A stretch of DNA of 64,000 nt from an uncultured Gemmatimonadales bacterium (GCA_963730185.1 CAVSQW010000015.1:352001-416000), one strand, 5' to 3'; positions 9,321 through 20,037 are shown, counted from the stretch's first letter. Translations and numbers: made by a program. The notes: a model not told the origin generated them from the sequence alone.

Positions 9321-10940
9321 GTGAAACGAGCTCTGGTCCTTCTCGCACTCGCGCCGGGTCTCCTTCACGCCCAGCGTCCGACCGTTCCCGTGATCCGCGA
9401 CTCGCTGGACGTGGTGATCACCGGCGGACGGATCATCGACGGCACCGGGCGGGCGCCCTTTCCCGGAGAGGTCGGGGTTCGGGGTGGCTGGATCGTCAAG
9501 GTCACGCCCCCGGGCGGTCTGGCGCGCTGGCCGGCACGGTCCCGGATCGACGCTTCCGGCCTGGTGGTGTCGCCCGGCTTCATCGACGTCCACAGTCATA
9601 CCGTCGACGCGATCATCAACCCGGACCGGCGCTGGAACGAGGGTGTGATCCGGCAGGGCGTGACGACCGTGGTGGGCGGCCCCGACGGCGGCTACGCGCC
9701 GGACCGGATGCGTAGCGTGATCGACGCCCTGAACCGGCAGGGAGCGGGCACCAACGTCGCGCTCTATGTCGGGCACAACGGGATTCGGCGGGCGGTCATG
9801 GGATCCGATCACCGGGCCCCGACCCCGGACGAGCTGGCGAAGATGAAGGCCATGGTCCGGGAGGGAATGGAGCTCGGGGCGGTCGGACTCTCGACCGGCC
9901 TCATGTACGAGCCGGGGATGTTCAGCACCACCGACGAGGTGGTGGAGCTGGCCCGGGAAGTGAAGCCGTTCCACGGGATCTACGACTCGCACGTGCGCGA
10001 CCCGGTCAAGCGGTTCGTCTGGTCCGACCAGGAGGCGCTGACCATCGGCGAGCAGGCGGGGATTCCGCCCAAGCTGGGGCACCTCAAAGGTGTGAGCCTC
10101 GAGAACGCCGGGAAGATCGAGGAGGTCATCGCCCTGGTGAACGCGGCCCGGCTGCGGGGAGTCGACGCGGTGAGCGATCAGTATCCCTACGACGGGGCCG
10201 CCACCGCCACGCTGAACGACATCATCGTGGTCCCGACCGACCTTCGGAAACCGGATTTCGACCTGAAGGCGGCCCTCCGCGATCGGGCCACCCGGGCCCG
10301 TTTGAAGGAGACGAGCGAGCAGGGGATCGACGGCGGGTTCGCCTGGCTCAAGGCGACGGGGTATTCGGCCATGCGGATCACCACCAGCGACGACGACCCG
10401 ACCCTGGTGGGCCAGTATCTGTCCGAGCTGGCGAGCGCCCGACACCAGGACCCCTTCGACCTGGTGGCGGACCTGATCATCGCCGCGCCGCACCCGATCG
10501 GGATCACCCTCGGCGCCATCAAGGAAGAGGACGTGCAGGCGTTGATGGTCCAGCCCTGGGACATGATCGCGAGCGACGGCGGCTACGCCGACTCCAAGAC
10601 GGAGATGATGGGGCATCCCCGGTCGACCGGCACGTTCCCCCGGGTCCTGGGACACTACGTCCGCGACGTCAAGCTCTTTCCGCTGGAGGAGGGCGTCCGG
10701 AAGATGACGTCCCTGCCCGCGGACTGGATCGGGCTCCACGATCGGGGGCGGGTGTTCGAAGGCCAGGCGGCCGATCTCACCGTCTTCGACCCGAAGACGA
10801 TCGCGGACCGGTCGACCTGGACGGAGCCGGGCCGGATGGCGGTGGGGGTGCGGGACGTGTTGGTGAACGGGGTGCTGGTGCTCCGGAACGGCGAGATGAC
10901 CGGCGCGGCCCCGGGTCGATATCTTAGGGGACGACGCTAG
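9321..10940 (+). CDS. Secreted N-acyl-D-amino-acid deacylase (D-aminoacylase family)
   Basis: Signal peptide; 'PGFIDVHSH', 'GLSTGLMY.PG', 'SHVRD', 'DQYPY', 'ASDG', 'HPRSTGTFPRVLG'. Confidence 0.88.
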   Translation: MKRALVLLALAPGLLHAQRPTVPVIRDSLDVVITGGRIIDGTGRAPFPGEVGVRGGWIVKVTPPGGLARWPARSRIDASGLVVSPGFIDVHSHTVDAIINPDRRWNEGVIRQGVTTVVGGPDGGYAPDRMRSVIDALNRQGAGTNVALYVGHNGIRRAVMGSDHRAPTPDELAKMKAMVREGMELGAVGLSTGLMYEPGMFSTTDEVVELAREVKPFHGIYDSHVRDPVKRFVWSDQEALTIGEQAGIPPKLGHLKGVSLENAGKIEEVIALVNAARLRGVDAVSDQYPYDGAATATLNDIIVVPTDLRKPDFDLKAALRDRATRARLKETSEQGIDGGFAWLKATGYSAMRITTSDDDPTLVGQYLSELASARHQDPFDLVADLIIAAPHPIGITLGAIKEEDVQALMVQPWDMIASDGGYADSKTEMMGHPRSTGTFPRVLGHYVRDVKLFPLEEGVRKMTSLPADWIGLHDRGRVFEGQAADLTVFDPKTIADRSTWTEPGRMAVGVRDVLVNGVLVLRNGEMTGAAPGRYLRGRR

Positions 10941-10976
10941 CCCTTCCGAAGCCTCGACGATGCAAAGGAGCTCCTC

Positions 10977-11501
10977 ATGGCGGTCATGCCTCCAATCAAC
11001 CTCAAGCGGTGGGTCGACGAGCATCGTGAATTCCTGAAGCCCCCGGTCGGGAACAAGATGGTCTGGCAGGACCGGGAGTTCCTGGTGATGGTGGTGGGCG
11101 GTCCCAACCAGCGGAAGGACTTCCACGTCGAGGACGGCGAGGAGTTCTTCTACCAGATCGAGGGCGACATCACGGTCCGGATCCTCGACGACGGCCAGGT
11201 AAAGGACATCGCGATCAAGGAAGGGGAGATGTTCCTCCTTCCGGCCGGGATTCCGCATTCGCCGCAACGCCCGGCCAACACGGTCGGGATGGTGATCGAG
11301 CGGCAGCGGGCCAGCGACGAGCGCGACCATCTCCGCTGGTTCTGCGAGGGCTGCGGCGACGTGCTCTACGACGCCGGCTTCGAGCTGGTGGACCTGGGCA
11401 AGCAGCTCAAGCCGATCATCGAAGGGTTCTACGCCGACGAGTCGCTCCGGACCTGCAAGAAGTGCGGGGCCGTGATGGCCGTGCCGGCGGCCCGGAAGTG
11501 A
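10977..11501 (+). CDS. nbaC: 3-hydroxyanthranilate 3,4-dioxygenase
   Basis: '[31 protein letters not shown]'; C-terminal CxxC..CxxC. Confidence 0.96.
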   Translation: MAVMPPINLKRWVDEHREFLKPPVGNKMVWQDREFLVMVVGGPNQRKDFHVEDGEEFFYQIEGDITVRILDDGQVKDIAIKEGEMFLLPAGIPHSPQRPANTVGMVIERQRASDERDHLRWFCEGCGDVLYDAGFELVDLGKQLKPIIEGFYADESLRTCKKCGAVMAVPAARK

Positions 11502-11505
11502 CCCG

Positions 11506-12523
11506 GTGACGCTGAAGATCGATCTCCATACTCATATCCTCCCCGAGTCGTGGCCGGATCTCCACGACCGGTACGGCTACGGTGGCTTCGTTCAGCTCGA
11601 GCATTTCGCGCCCTGCCGGGCGCGGATGCTCGTGGACGGGCGGTTCTTCCGCGAGATCGAGGACAACTGCTGGGAGCCCCGCCGCCGGATCGCCGACTGC
11701 GATCGCGACGGGGTGGGGGTGCAGGTGCTCTCCACCGTGCCGGTGATGTTCAGCTACTGGGCTCGCCCAGCCGACGCGCACGATCTGGCTCGGATCCTCA
11801 ACGACCACCTGGCCTGGGTGGTGGCCACCAATCCCAAGCGATTCGTCGGCCTCGCCACGGTGCCCCTTCAGGCGCCCGACCTGGCGATCCGAGGAGCTGG
11901 AGCGGGCGGTGACCGACCTGGGGCTGGCCGGGGTGGAGATCGGCACCCACGTCAACGAGTGGAACCTCGACGCGCCCGAGCTCTTTCCCTTCTTCGAGCG
12001 GGCCGCCCAGCTCGGCGCGGCGGTGTTCGTCCACCCCTGGGAGATGCTGGCCCCCGAGCGGATGCAGAGGTACTGGCTCCGGTGGCTGGTGGGGATGCCG
12101 ACCGAGACGGCCCTGGCGATCGCCTCGGTGATCTTCGGCGGCCTCCTGGACCGGTTGCCCACGCTCCGGCTCTGCTTTGCCCACGGCGGCGGGTCGTTCC
12201 CGGCGATCCTGGGCCGGATGGAGCACGGCTTCGACGCCCGGCCGGACCTGGTGGCGGTGGCGACCTCGCGGCCGCCGTCGTCCTATCTGGGGCGGTTCTT
12301 CGTCGACAGCCTGACCCACGACGCCGAGATGCTGCGCCGGTTGGTCAGCCTCCTGGGCGCCAACCGGATCGCCCTCGGTACCGACTATCCCTTCCCGCTG
12401 GGCGAAACCAGGCCCGGGGCGCTGATCGAGAGCATGCCCGATCTCGACCCCGAGACCCGCGAATGGCTGTTTTCGAAGAGCGCCCTCGAATTCCTGAACC
12501 GGACGCCGGAACAGTTCCAGTGA
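11506..12523 (+). CDS. nbaD: 2-amino-3-carboxymuconate-6-semialdehyde decarboxylase (ACMSD); frameshift near 11890
   Basis: 'IDLHTHILP', '[11 protein letters not shown]', then +1 frame '[43 protein letters not shown]'. Confidence 0.92.
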
Positions 12524-13806
12524 GCGAATCCTACTCCCCCGACGAAGCCTGGGCCCGTGCCCAGGACGCGGCCGATCCCTTGGGTTCCGTGCGAGGCGAG
12601 TTCGAGCTTCCCCGCGACGCGGACGGCGAGCCCCTGGTCTACCTCTGTGGCAACTCGCTCGGCCTGATGCCGCGCCGGGTCCGGGAGCTGATGACGCAGG
12701 AGCTGGAGGACTGGTCGCGGCTGGCCGTCGAGGGCCACATGACGGCCCGGACCCCGTGGTTCTCCTACCACGAGAACTTCCGCGAGACGGGCGCCCGCCT
12801 GGTCGGCGGCCGCCCGGGCGAAGTGGTGATGATGAACGCCCTCACGGTGAACCTCCACCTCATGCTGGTGAGCTTCTACCGGCCGTCGGGCGCCCGGACC
12901 AAGATCGTGATCGAGACGGCGGCGTTTCCCTCGGACACCTACGCCGTGCGCTCGCACCTGGCCAGCCGGGGTCTGGACCCCGACGAGGCGGTGTTGGTGG
13001 TCGAGCCTCGCCCGGGTGAGGAGACGATCCGGACCGAGGACATCGAGCGACTCCTGGAGGAGCGCGGCGCCGAGATCGCGCTGGTGATGCTGCCCGGCAT
13101 TCAGTACTACACCGGGCAGCGATTCGACCTGGCGCGGATCACCCGGGCCGCCCACCGGGCGGGCGCGGTGGCGGGGTTCGACCTGGCCCACGCGGTCGGC
13201 AACGTGCCGCTCGCGCTCCACGACTGGGACGCCGACTTCGCGGTCTGGTGCAACTACAAGTACCTGAACGGCGGCCCCGGCGCGGTGGGTGGGTGTTTCG
13301 TGCACGAGCGTCACGGGCGCGAGCTCGACCGGCCCCGGTTCGCGGGCTGGTGGGGGAACGATCCAGCCACCCGCTTCCGGCTCCATCTCAACGCCACCTT
13401 CGTGCCTCGCGAGGGGGCGGACGGTTGGCAGATCAGCAATCCGCAGGTCCTGTCGCTCACCCCGCTCCTGGCCTCGCTGGAGCAGTTCGACCGGGTTGGG
13501 ATGGACGCGCTTCGGCGGAAGTCGGAGCGGCTCACCGGTTACCTGGCTTGGTGGATCGACCGGCTGCCGGCCGGCCGGGTCAAGGTTCTCACCCCGCCCG
13601 ACCCGTCGGAGCGGGGCTGCCAGCTCTCGCTCTTCGTGGCCGAGGGCGGCCGGGCGCTGTTCGACGCGGTCCGGGCCCGGGGGATCCTGGGCGACTTCCG
13701 CCAGCCGGGGGTGATCCGGATGGCTCCGACCCCGATGTACAACACCTTTCACGAAGTCTGGCGGGTCGGTCGGGCGCTCGAGGAGCTGGTCGGTGGCGCC
13801 GGCTGA
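12520..13806 (+). CDS. kynU: Kynureninase
   Basis: GTG 12520 overlaps the ACMSD stop; '[11 protein letters not shown]', 'FDLAHAVGN', '[12 protein letters not shown]', 'GWWG', 'RGCQLS'. Confidence 0.96.
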   Translation: MSESYSPDEAWARAQDAADPLGSVRGEFELPRDADGEPLVYLCGNSLGLMPRRVRELMTQELEDWSRLAVEGHMTARTPWFSYHENFRETGARLVGGRPGEVVMMNALTVNLHLMLVSFYRPSGARTKIVIETAAFPSDTYAVRSHLASRGLDPDEAVLVVEPRPGEETIRTEDIERLLEERGAEIALVMLPGIQYYTGQRFDLARITRAAHRAGAVAGFDLAHAVGNVPLALHDWDADFAVWCNYKYLNGGPGAVGGCFVHERHGRELDRPRFAGWWGNDPATRFRLHLNATFVPREGADGWQISNPQVLSLTPLLASLEQFDRVGMDALRRKSERLTGYLAWWIDRLPAGRVKVLTPPDPSERGCQLSLFVAEGGRALFDAVRARGILGDFRQPGVIRMAPTPMYNTFHEVWRVGRALEELVGGAG

Positions 13807-15130
13807 GGGCGGATCGCCCCGCTTCGTGGTGGTCGGGGCCGGCCTGGTCGGCTCGATGATCGCCGCGCTGCTCGGCCGGAAGGGGTACGCCGTCGAGCTG
13901 CTCGAGCGGCGCGGCGATCCCCGCGGCGGCCCGGTGGAGGGCGGCCGGAGCATCAACCTCGCGATCTCGGCCCGGGGGCTGCACGCCCTGGCCCAGCTGG
14001 GGCTCGAGGACACCATCCTCCGGCTCGCGGTGCCGCTCTATGGGCGGATGATCCACTCGACCACCGGCCAGCTGGCGTTTCAGCCGTACGGGATCGGGAA
14101 GCAGGCCATCAACTCGTTTTCGCGCGCCGAGCTCAACCTGGCCCTGGTCCGGGCGGCGACCGCGTCGCCGTCGGTGACGCTCCGGTTTGCCCGGCGGATC
14201 ACCGACGTCGACCTCGCGACCGGGACGGTGACCCACGTCGACGCCGACACCGGTCTCGACCCCGACACGAGCGTCGGGGTGGTGATCGGCGCCGACGGCG
14301 CGTTCTCGGCCGTGCGCGCCGCGCTCCAGCGGCGCGACCACCAGGACTACTCGCAGAGCTACCTCGCCCACGGCTACAAGGAGCTGGCGATCCCCGCCGC
14401 GCCGGACGGGAGCCCGCGGCTGGAGACCAACGCGCTCCACATCTGGCCCCGGGGCGGGTTCATGATGATGGCGATGGCCAACCCGGACCACTCGTTCACG
14501 GTCACGCTCTACCTCCCGATGACCGGGCCGAACGGCTTCGCCGCGCTCCAGACGCCCGACCAGGTGACCACGTTCTTCGAGCGGGAGTTCCCCGACGCGA
14601 TGCCGCTGATTCCCGATCTCCGGGAGGCGTTCTTCGCCAATCCGACCGGGTCGATGGTGACCGTCCGGACGCTGCCCTGGCACGCGGGCGACCGGGCGGT
14701 CCTGATCGGCGACGCGGCCCACGCGATCGTGCCCTTCTACGGCCAGGGCGCCAACGCGGGGTTCGAGGACTGCCTGGCGCTGCTCGACGCCATCGACTCG
14801 GCGGGCGGGGCCCTGGAGCCGGCGTTCGCCCGGTACGAGGCCGAGCGGAAGCCCAACACCGACGCGATCGCCGACCTCGCGATCGTCAACTTCTACGAGA
14901 TGCGCGATCACGTGGCGTCCCGGGCCTTCCTTTGGTGGAAGCGGCTGGAGAAGCTCCTGCACCGGTTCTTCCCGACCTGGTACCTGCCGCTCTACACCAT
15001 GATCTCGTTCACCTTGATCCCCTACGCGGAGGCGCGCGACCGGGCTCGGCGCCAGATCCAGGGACTCCGGTGGATGGCCGCCGGGGTCGGGCTGGCGCTC
15101 CTGGCCGGCGTGGTCCTCCTCTTCACCTGA
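13793..15130 (+). CDS. kmo: Kynurenine 3-monooxygenase
   Basis: 'GAGLVG', '[11 protein letters not shown]', 'HGYKEL', 'LHIWPRG', '[20 protein letters not shown]'. Confidence 0.95.
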   Translation: MAPAEGGSPRFVVVGAGLVGSMIAALLGRKGYAVELLERRGDPRGGPVEGGRSINLAISARGLHALAQLGLEDTILRLAVPLYGRMIHSTTGQLAFQPYGIGKQAINSFSRAELNLALVRAATASPSVTLRFARRITDVDLATGTVTHVDADTGLDPDTSVGVVIGADGAFSAVRAALQRRDHQDYSQSYLAHGYKELAIPAAPDGSPRLETNALHIWPRGGFMMMAMANPDHSFTVTLYLPMTGPNGFAALQTPDQVTTFFEREFPDAMPLIPDLREAFFANPTGSMVTVRTLPWHAGDRAVLIGDAAHAIVPFYGQGANAGFEDCLALLDAIDSAGGALEPAFARYEAERKPNTDAIADLAIVNFYEMRDHVASRAFLWWKRLEKLLHRFFPTWYLPLYTMISFTLIPYAEARDRARRQIQGLRWMAAGVGLALLAGVVLLFT

Positions 15131-15147
15131 ACGGGTTCGGTCCGGCC

Positions 15148-15930
15148 ATGGCGCTCACCTATTCCTCGTACCTCGGCCTCGACGAGCTGCTCGAGCTCCA
15201 ACGGCCCCGCTCGTCGCCGCCGGAGCACGACGAGATCCTGTTCATCGTCATCCACCAGACCTACGAGCTCTGGTTCAAGCAGATCCTGCACGAGACGGCC
15301 AAGGTGATGCGGGACCTCGAGGGCAACGACCTCTTCGGGGCGATCGCGACCTTCAAGCGGGTCCGCACCATCATGAAGACGCTGGTGGGGCAGCTCGACG
15401 TGCTGGAGACGATGACCCCGCTCTCGTTCGCGTCGTTCCGGAGCCGGCTCGACACGGCGTCGGGTTTTCAGTCGTTCCAGTTCCGCGAGGTGGAGTTCGT
15501 CTACGGCTACAAACGACGCGAGGTCATGGGCGCGGTGCCGGCCACCGGGCCGGGCCGGGCCCGGGCCGAAGCCCGTCTCGACCAGCCCACCGTGGTCGAT
15601 GCGTTCTACCGGTTTCTGGCGCAGCGCGGCGCCTCGGTCCCGGCGGAGCTCCTGACCCGGGACCTCTCGGAGGCGACCCAGCCGAACGAGGCGCTCCAGG
15701 ACGAGATCTTCCGGCTCTACCTGAGTCAGCCGGAACTGGTGATCCTGTTCGAGCTGATGACCGACTTCGACGAGGGCTTGCAGGAGTGGCGCTACCGGCA
15801 CGTGAAGCTGGTGGAGCGGACCATCGGCGCCAAGAAGGGAACCGGCGGCTCGGCCGGGGTCGAGTTTCTGAAGGCGTCCCTCTTCAAGCCGCTCTTCCCG
15901 GACCTCTGGGCGGTCCGCTACCGGATGTAG
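15148..15930 (+). CDS. kynA: Tryptophan 2,3-dioxygenase
   Basis: 'YSSYLGLDELL.LQ', 'HDEILFIVIHQTYELWFKQ', 'ASGFQSFQFR', 'WRYRHV..VERTIG.K.GTGGS'. Confidence 0.97.
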   Translation: MALTYSSYLGLDELLELQRPRSSPPEHDEILFIVIHQTYELWFKQILHETAKVMRDLEGNDLFGAIATFKRVRTIMKTLVGQLDVLETMTPLSFASFRSRLDTASGFQSFQFREVEFVYGYKRREVMGAVPATGPGRARAEARLDQPTVVDAFYRFLAQRGASVPAELLTRDLSEATQPNEALQDEIFRLYLSQPELVILFELMTDFDEGLQEWRYRHVKLVERTIGAKKGTGGSAGVEFLKASLFKPLFPDLWAVRYRM

Positions 15931-15934
15931 AGTC

Positions 15935-16562
15935 GTGACGATCTACGACCTGACCCCGGCGGTCACCCCGGCGCTCGGCGTCTGGCCGGGCGACACCCCA
16001 CCGAGCCGCGAGGTGCTGTTGGACCTGGCCCGGGGCGACTCGGTCACCCTGTCCACCCTCCGAGCGACGGTGCACCTGGGCGCCCATGCCGACGCCCCGA
16101 GCCACTATGGGCGTGGCCGGCGACGACATCGCCTCCCGGCCGCTCGACCTCTATCTCGGTCGGTGTCAGGTCGTCCGGGTCAGGGCGGAGCGGGGAACTC
16201 GGGTCGGGTCGGCGATGGTCACGGCGCCGATCACCGAGCCCCGGGTGCTGATCGCCACCGGGACGTTCCCCGATCCGGCCCGATTCAATCCCGACTTCGC
16301 GGCCCTGGAGCCCGACCTGGTGGACGCCTGGCACGCCCGCGGGGTCCGGCTGATCGGGATCGATACGCCGAGCGTGGACCTGCTGGCGTCCAAGGAGCTG
16401 CCGTCCCACCGGCGGTTCCTCGCTCACGACATGGCGATTCTCGAGGGCCTGGTGCTGACCGACGTCCCGGCAGGGATCTACGAGCTGATCGCCCTGCCGC
16501 TCCCGTTGGCGGGCTTCGACGCGAGCCCGGTCCGGGCCGTGCTCCGCACCCTGCCCGGTTAG
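15935..16562 (+). CDS. kynB: Kynurenine formamidase (cyclase family); frameshift near 16110
   Basis: 'VWPGDTP', 'HLGAHADAPSHY', then +1 frame 'GIDTPSVD..ILEGL..YELIALPL..DASPVRAVLR'. Confidence 0.92.
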
Positions 16563-16972
16563 TCGATCGTCGCGATCACCTTGAGCTCGATCGCGATCGC
16601 CGTGGGCAGGGCGCCCACTTCGACGGTCGTGCGGCTGGGATGGTTGGTCGTGAAGTGCTCGGCGTAGATCCGGTTGAAGGTCGGGAAGTCACCCTTCATG
16701 TCGGTCAGGAACACGGTCACGTCGACCATCCGGTCCCAGTTCGATCCCGAGTCTTCCAGAATGGTCCGCACGTTGGCGAACACCTGGTGACATTGGGCCA
16801 CGATGTCGTGCCGGACCACGATCCCGTCTTCCACGATGTTGCCGGGGACCTGGTCGGTTCCCGGCACCCGCGGCCCGATCCCGGAAAGAAAGAGGAGGTT
16901 GCCCACCCGCCGCGCGTGCGGATAGGCCCCCACCGGCTGCGGCGCCCGCGCCGATCGCACCGTATCACTCAT
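16559..16972 (-). CDS. RidA family protein, probable 2-aminomuconate deaminase
   Basis: 'APQPVGAYPHARRVGNLLFLSG..VFLTDM..FN..PSRTTVEV..LPTAIAIELK'; gene context. Confidence 0.88.
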   Translation of the reverse strand: MSDTVRSARAPQPVGAYPHARRVGNLLFLSGIGPRVPGTDQVPGNIVEDGIVVRHDIVAQCHQVFANVRTILEDSGSNWDRMVDVTVFLTDMKGDFPTFNRIYAEHFTTNHPSRTTVEVGALPTAIAIELKVIATID

Positions 16973-17027
16973 TGCTCACCCCCTTGCCCAGTTCGCCGCC
17001 GCCCCCTCCCCATCCCACCCCATCCGC

Positions 17028-18479
17028 CTACCCGTCCACCCTCACACACACGTTCTTGGCCTCGGTGAAGAACCGGATCGCCTCCTCGCCGCCTTCGCGC
17101 CCGACGCCGCTCTGGCCCATTCCACCGAACGGCACCCGGAGATCGCGGAGGAGCCAGCAGTTGACCCAGATGGTGCCGCACCGAACCTGATCGGCCACCC
17201 GGTGGGCCCGGGTCAGGTTGCTGGTCCAGAGCGACGCCGCCAACCCGTAGGCCGAGTCGTTGGCCAGCTCGACGGCGTGGGCCTCGTCCCGGAAGGGGGT
17301 GATCGTGACCACGGGGCCGAAGATCTCTTCCTGATTGGTCCGGCAGCTCATGGGGAGGTCGATCACGACCGTGGGAGCGATGAAGTAGCCGTTCCGAACC
17401 CGCTCCGGCAGGGCCTCGGGGGGACCGCCCCCGGTCAGGATCCGGCCGCCCTCGTCCCGGGCGAGCTGGATGTAGCCGAGGATCTTGTCGCGGTGGGCCG
17501 CGCTGATCACCGCGCCGAGATCGGTGGTGTCGTCCCGCGGGTCTCCCACCCGGAGCCCGGCGACCCGGGCGGTGAACGCGGCGACGAAGGGCTCGTAGAT
17601 CGACGCCTCCACCAGAATCCGGGAGCCGCAGAGGCAGATCTCTCCTTGGTTGGCGAAGGCCGACCGGACCAGGGTCGGAAGGATGGCCTCGAGGTCGCTG
17701 TCGGCGAACACCAGGGTGGGGTTCTTGCCGCCCATCTCGAGGGTCAGCTTCTTGAACAGGGGAGCGGCCACCCGGGCGATCGTGGCCCCGGTCGCGGTCC
17801 CGCCGGTGAACGAGATCGTCTTGACGGCGGGATGTTCCACCAGCGCCGCCCCGGCCCGGCCGCCCAGGCCGTGGACCAGGTTCAGCACGCCGCCCGGCAG
17901 GCCGGCCTCCCGGACCAGCTCGCCGAGGCGGCTGGCGGTCGACGGTGTGAGCTCCGAAGGCTTGGCCACGGCCGTATTTCCCGTGGCGATCGCGGGCGCG
18001 ATCTTCCAGGAGAGGAGGTAGAGCGGGAGGTTCCAGGGCGAGATCAGCCCGGCCACGCCGCGCGGCCGCCGCAGGGTGTAGTTGAGCGCCATCCGGTCGA
18101 GCATGTGGGTCTCGGTGGCGGTGTGGAGGATCGCGGTGGCGAAGAAGCGGAAGTTCTGGGCCGCGCGGGGAATGTCCATCGTGCGGGCGAGCGCGATCGG
18201 CTTGCCGGTGTCGCGCGACTCGAGCCGGGCCAGGCCGTCGAGGTCGCGCTCGATCAGGTCGGCCAGCCGGACCAGGATCCCGGAACGCTCCGCCGCCGGC
18301 GTGGCAGCCCATCCGGGAAAGGCCCGTTCGGCCGCGCGGGCCGCGGCCGCGACGTCCTCGGCGTCGCTGTCGGGAACCTCGACGGCGGGTTCGCCGGTGG
18401 CCGGGTCGACCCGTTCCAGGTAGCGTCCGCCGGCCGGGGCGGCCGGCGTCCCGCCGATGTCGTTCGTGAGACGTTCCAT
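17028..18479 (-). CDS. Aldehyde dehydrogenase, probable 2-aminomuconate-6-semialdehyde dehydrogenase
   Basis: ATG 18479; 'DIPRAAQNFRFFA', 'ISPWNLPL', 'SFTGGT', 'LEMGGKNP', 'NQGEICLCGSR', 'EEIFGPV', 'NCWLLRDLR.PFGG'. Confidence 0.92.
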   Translation of the reverse strand: MERLTNDIGGTPAAPAGGRYLERVDPATGEPAVEVPDSDAEDVAAAARAAERAFPGWAATPAAERSGILVRLADLIERDLDGLARLESRDTGKPIALARTMDIPRAAQNFRFFATAILHTATETHMLDRMALNYTLRRPRGVAGLISPWNLPLYLLSWKIAPAIATGNTAVAKPSELTPSTASRLGELVREAGLPGGVLNLVHGLGGRAGAALVEHPAVKTISFTGGTATGATIARVAAPLFKKLTLEMGGKNPTLVFADSDLEAILPTLVRSAFANQGEICLCGSRILVEASIYEPFVAAFTARVAGLRVGDPRDDTTDLGAVISAAHRDKILGYIQLARDEGGRILTGGGPPEALPERVRNGYFIAPTVVIDLPMSCRTNQEEIFGPVVTITPFRDEAHAVELANDSAYGLAASLWTSNLTRAHRVADQVRCGTIWVNCWLLRDLRVPFGGMGQSGVGREGGEEAIRFFTEAKNVCVRVDG

Positions 18480-18502
18480 GTCGTCGTGCCGGGGGCGGAG
18501 GG

Positions 18503-19285
18503 TCAGAGCGCGCTGGTGCGACCGCCGTCGACGGCCAGACTCACGCCGGTGATGTAGCTCGCGTCGGGACCGGCCAGGAAACGGACCGCGGCGGCGATCT
18601 CCTCGGGCTCGCCGAACCGCCCCATCGGGATCTCGGCCTCCAGCTGGGTGGCCACGGCGGCCGGCGGCTGGCCGGTTGCCAGCGCCCGGCGCTCGATGAG
18701 CGACGAGAGCCGGGCGGTCCGGGTCGCGCCCGGCAGGACGTTGTTGACCGTCACCCCCCACCGGCCCACCTCGCCGGCCAGGGTCTTGGCCCAGCTGGCC
18801 ACGGCACCCCGGATCGTGTTGCTGACGCCGAGGCCTTTGATCGGCTGGCGCACCGAGGTGGAGACGATGTTGATGATCCTCCCATAGCCCGCCGTGCGCA
18901 TCCCGGGCAGGACGGCCTGAGCCAGGAGCTGGTTCACGATCAGGTGGCTGGCGAAGGCGGCCTCGAACTGATCCGGCATCGCGTCGGCGATCGGGCCGGC
19001 GGGGGGGCCGCCGGTGTTGTTCACCAGGATATGGAACGTCTTCCCGACCGCGATCGCCTCGTCGACCACCGCGCGCACGTCGGTCGGTCGCCCGAAGTCG
19101 GCGGTGAGGAAGTCGTGCGATTGCCCCTCCGGCCGGGGAAGCGTGTCGCGAGCCTGTTCGAGGCGAGTCGCGTCCCGGGCCAGCAGGAACACGGTGGCGC
19201 CCGCCGCGGCGAGGGCCTGGGCGGACGCCAATCCGATGCCCTGGGTGCTCCCGCACACCAGCGCCAGTCGATCGTGGAGTCTCAT
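18503..19285 (-). CDS. SDR family oxidoreductase
   Basis: 'CGSTQGIG', 'NNTGGP', 'STSVRQPI.GLGVSNTIR' (no YxxxK), 'NNVLPG.T.T.R'. Confidence 0.92.
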   Translation of the reverse strand: MRLHDRLALVCGSTQGIGLASAQALAAAGATVFLLARDATRLEQARDTLPRPEGQSHDFLTADFGRPTDVRAVVDEAIAVGKTFHILVNNTGGPPAGPIADAMPDQFEAAFASHLIVNQLLAQAVLPGMRTAGYGRIINIVSTSVRQPIKGLGVSNTIRGAVASWAKTLAGEVGRWGVTVNNVLPGATRTARLSSLIERRALATGQPPAAVATQLEAEIPMGRFGEPEEIAAAVRFLAGPDASYITGVSLAVDGGRTSAL

Positions 19286-19331
19286 GGCCTGAATGCTAGG
19301 GTGGCGGCCGGGTCGCCGCCACCCGAGCAGG

Positions 19332-19997
19332 TCAGGCGGCGCGGCGGCCCGTCAGCTTGAGGTCGGCTCGCACCCGATTGAGCGCCCGTCGCACCTCGGT
19401 GAAGCGCTCCGCCGTGGTCCCGAGCACCGGGCCGAGCCCGGTCCACTCGGCCAGGTGATGCTCACTGGCTTCCGCGTACCCGCGCTGTCCCAGCGCCTCG
19501 TAGTAGGCGAGCGCTGGGCCGCCGCGGTTCGTCCGCCGAGCCTGGATCCGGTCGGGAAAGATCCCGGTGAGCCAGAGCGCGTAGTTGCCGAGGTGCACGG
19601 ACACCTTGAAGTGACGCTGGCCGTCCGAGCGGGCCAGGTCGGCGAGCAGGTCGACCAGGTAATAGTGATCCTGGTCGTCGGCGTCATCGATCCGGTGGGC
19701 TCGACCACGGACCCCGAACTCGCGGAGCAGGGCGGCGCAGTAGTCGGCCAAGGTGCGGTCATCGAGGCCTTCGGCCACGAGAGCGTGCCGGACGAGGACA
19801 TAGAAGAAGAGCGAGGCGGACGGCCCGGGCATCCGGCCGTCGAGGAGGAAGGCCCGGAGCTCGGTCCGGTCCAGGACCGCGTCGAGGCCCTGGCGGACCA
19901 ACTCGCGGTCGGGCTCGTCCGCCCCGCCGCCGAGGGCCTGACTCAGGAGGGTCAGGTCGTGGGGGGTCAGTTGGCTCCGGGCGTCAGCCGTAATCAT
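19332..19997 (-). CDS. Conserved-looking hypothetical protein
   Basis: ATG 19997 with GGAG upstream; 'LFFYVLVRHAL..ADYCAALL..HLGNYALWLTGIFPD..YYEALGQRGY'. Confidence 0.8.
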   Translation of the reverse strand: MITADARSQLTPHDLTLLSQALGGGADEPDRELVRQGLDAVLDRTELRAFLLDGRMPGPSASLFFYVLVRHALVAEGLDDRTLADYCAALLREFGVRGRAHRIDDADDQDHYYLVDLLADLARSDGQRHFKVSVHLGNYALWLTGIFPDRIQARRTNRGGPALAYYEALGQRGYAEASEHHLAEWTGLGPVLGTTAERFTEVRRALNRVRADLKLTGRRAA

Positions 19998-20037
19998 TCG
20001 ACGCTCCCTTCGGGCGGCCCGGAAGGGCGCCGCGGTC

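Noticed and set aside
11506..13806. 766-aa ACMSD-kynureninase fusion in the ORF track
   Set aside because: Artefact of the frameshift near 11890: the middle is off-frame, and ACMSD ends at 12523 overlapping the KynU GTG at 12520
17028..19256. 742-aa aldehyde dehydrogenase
   Set aside because: The N-terminal 259 codons are an alternative frame of the SDR gene; the real start is 18479
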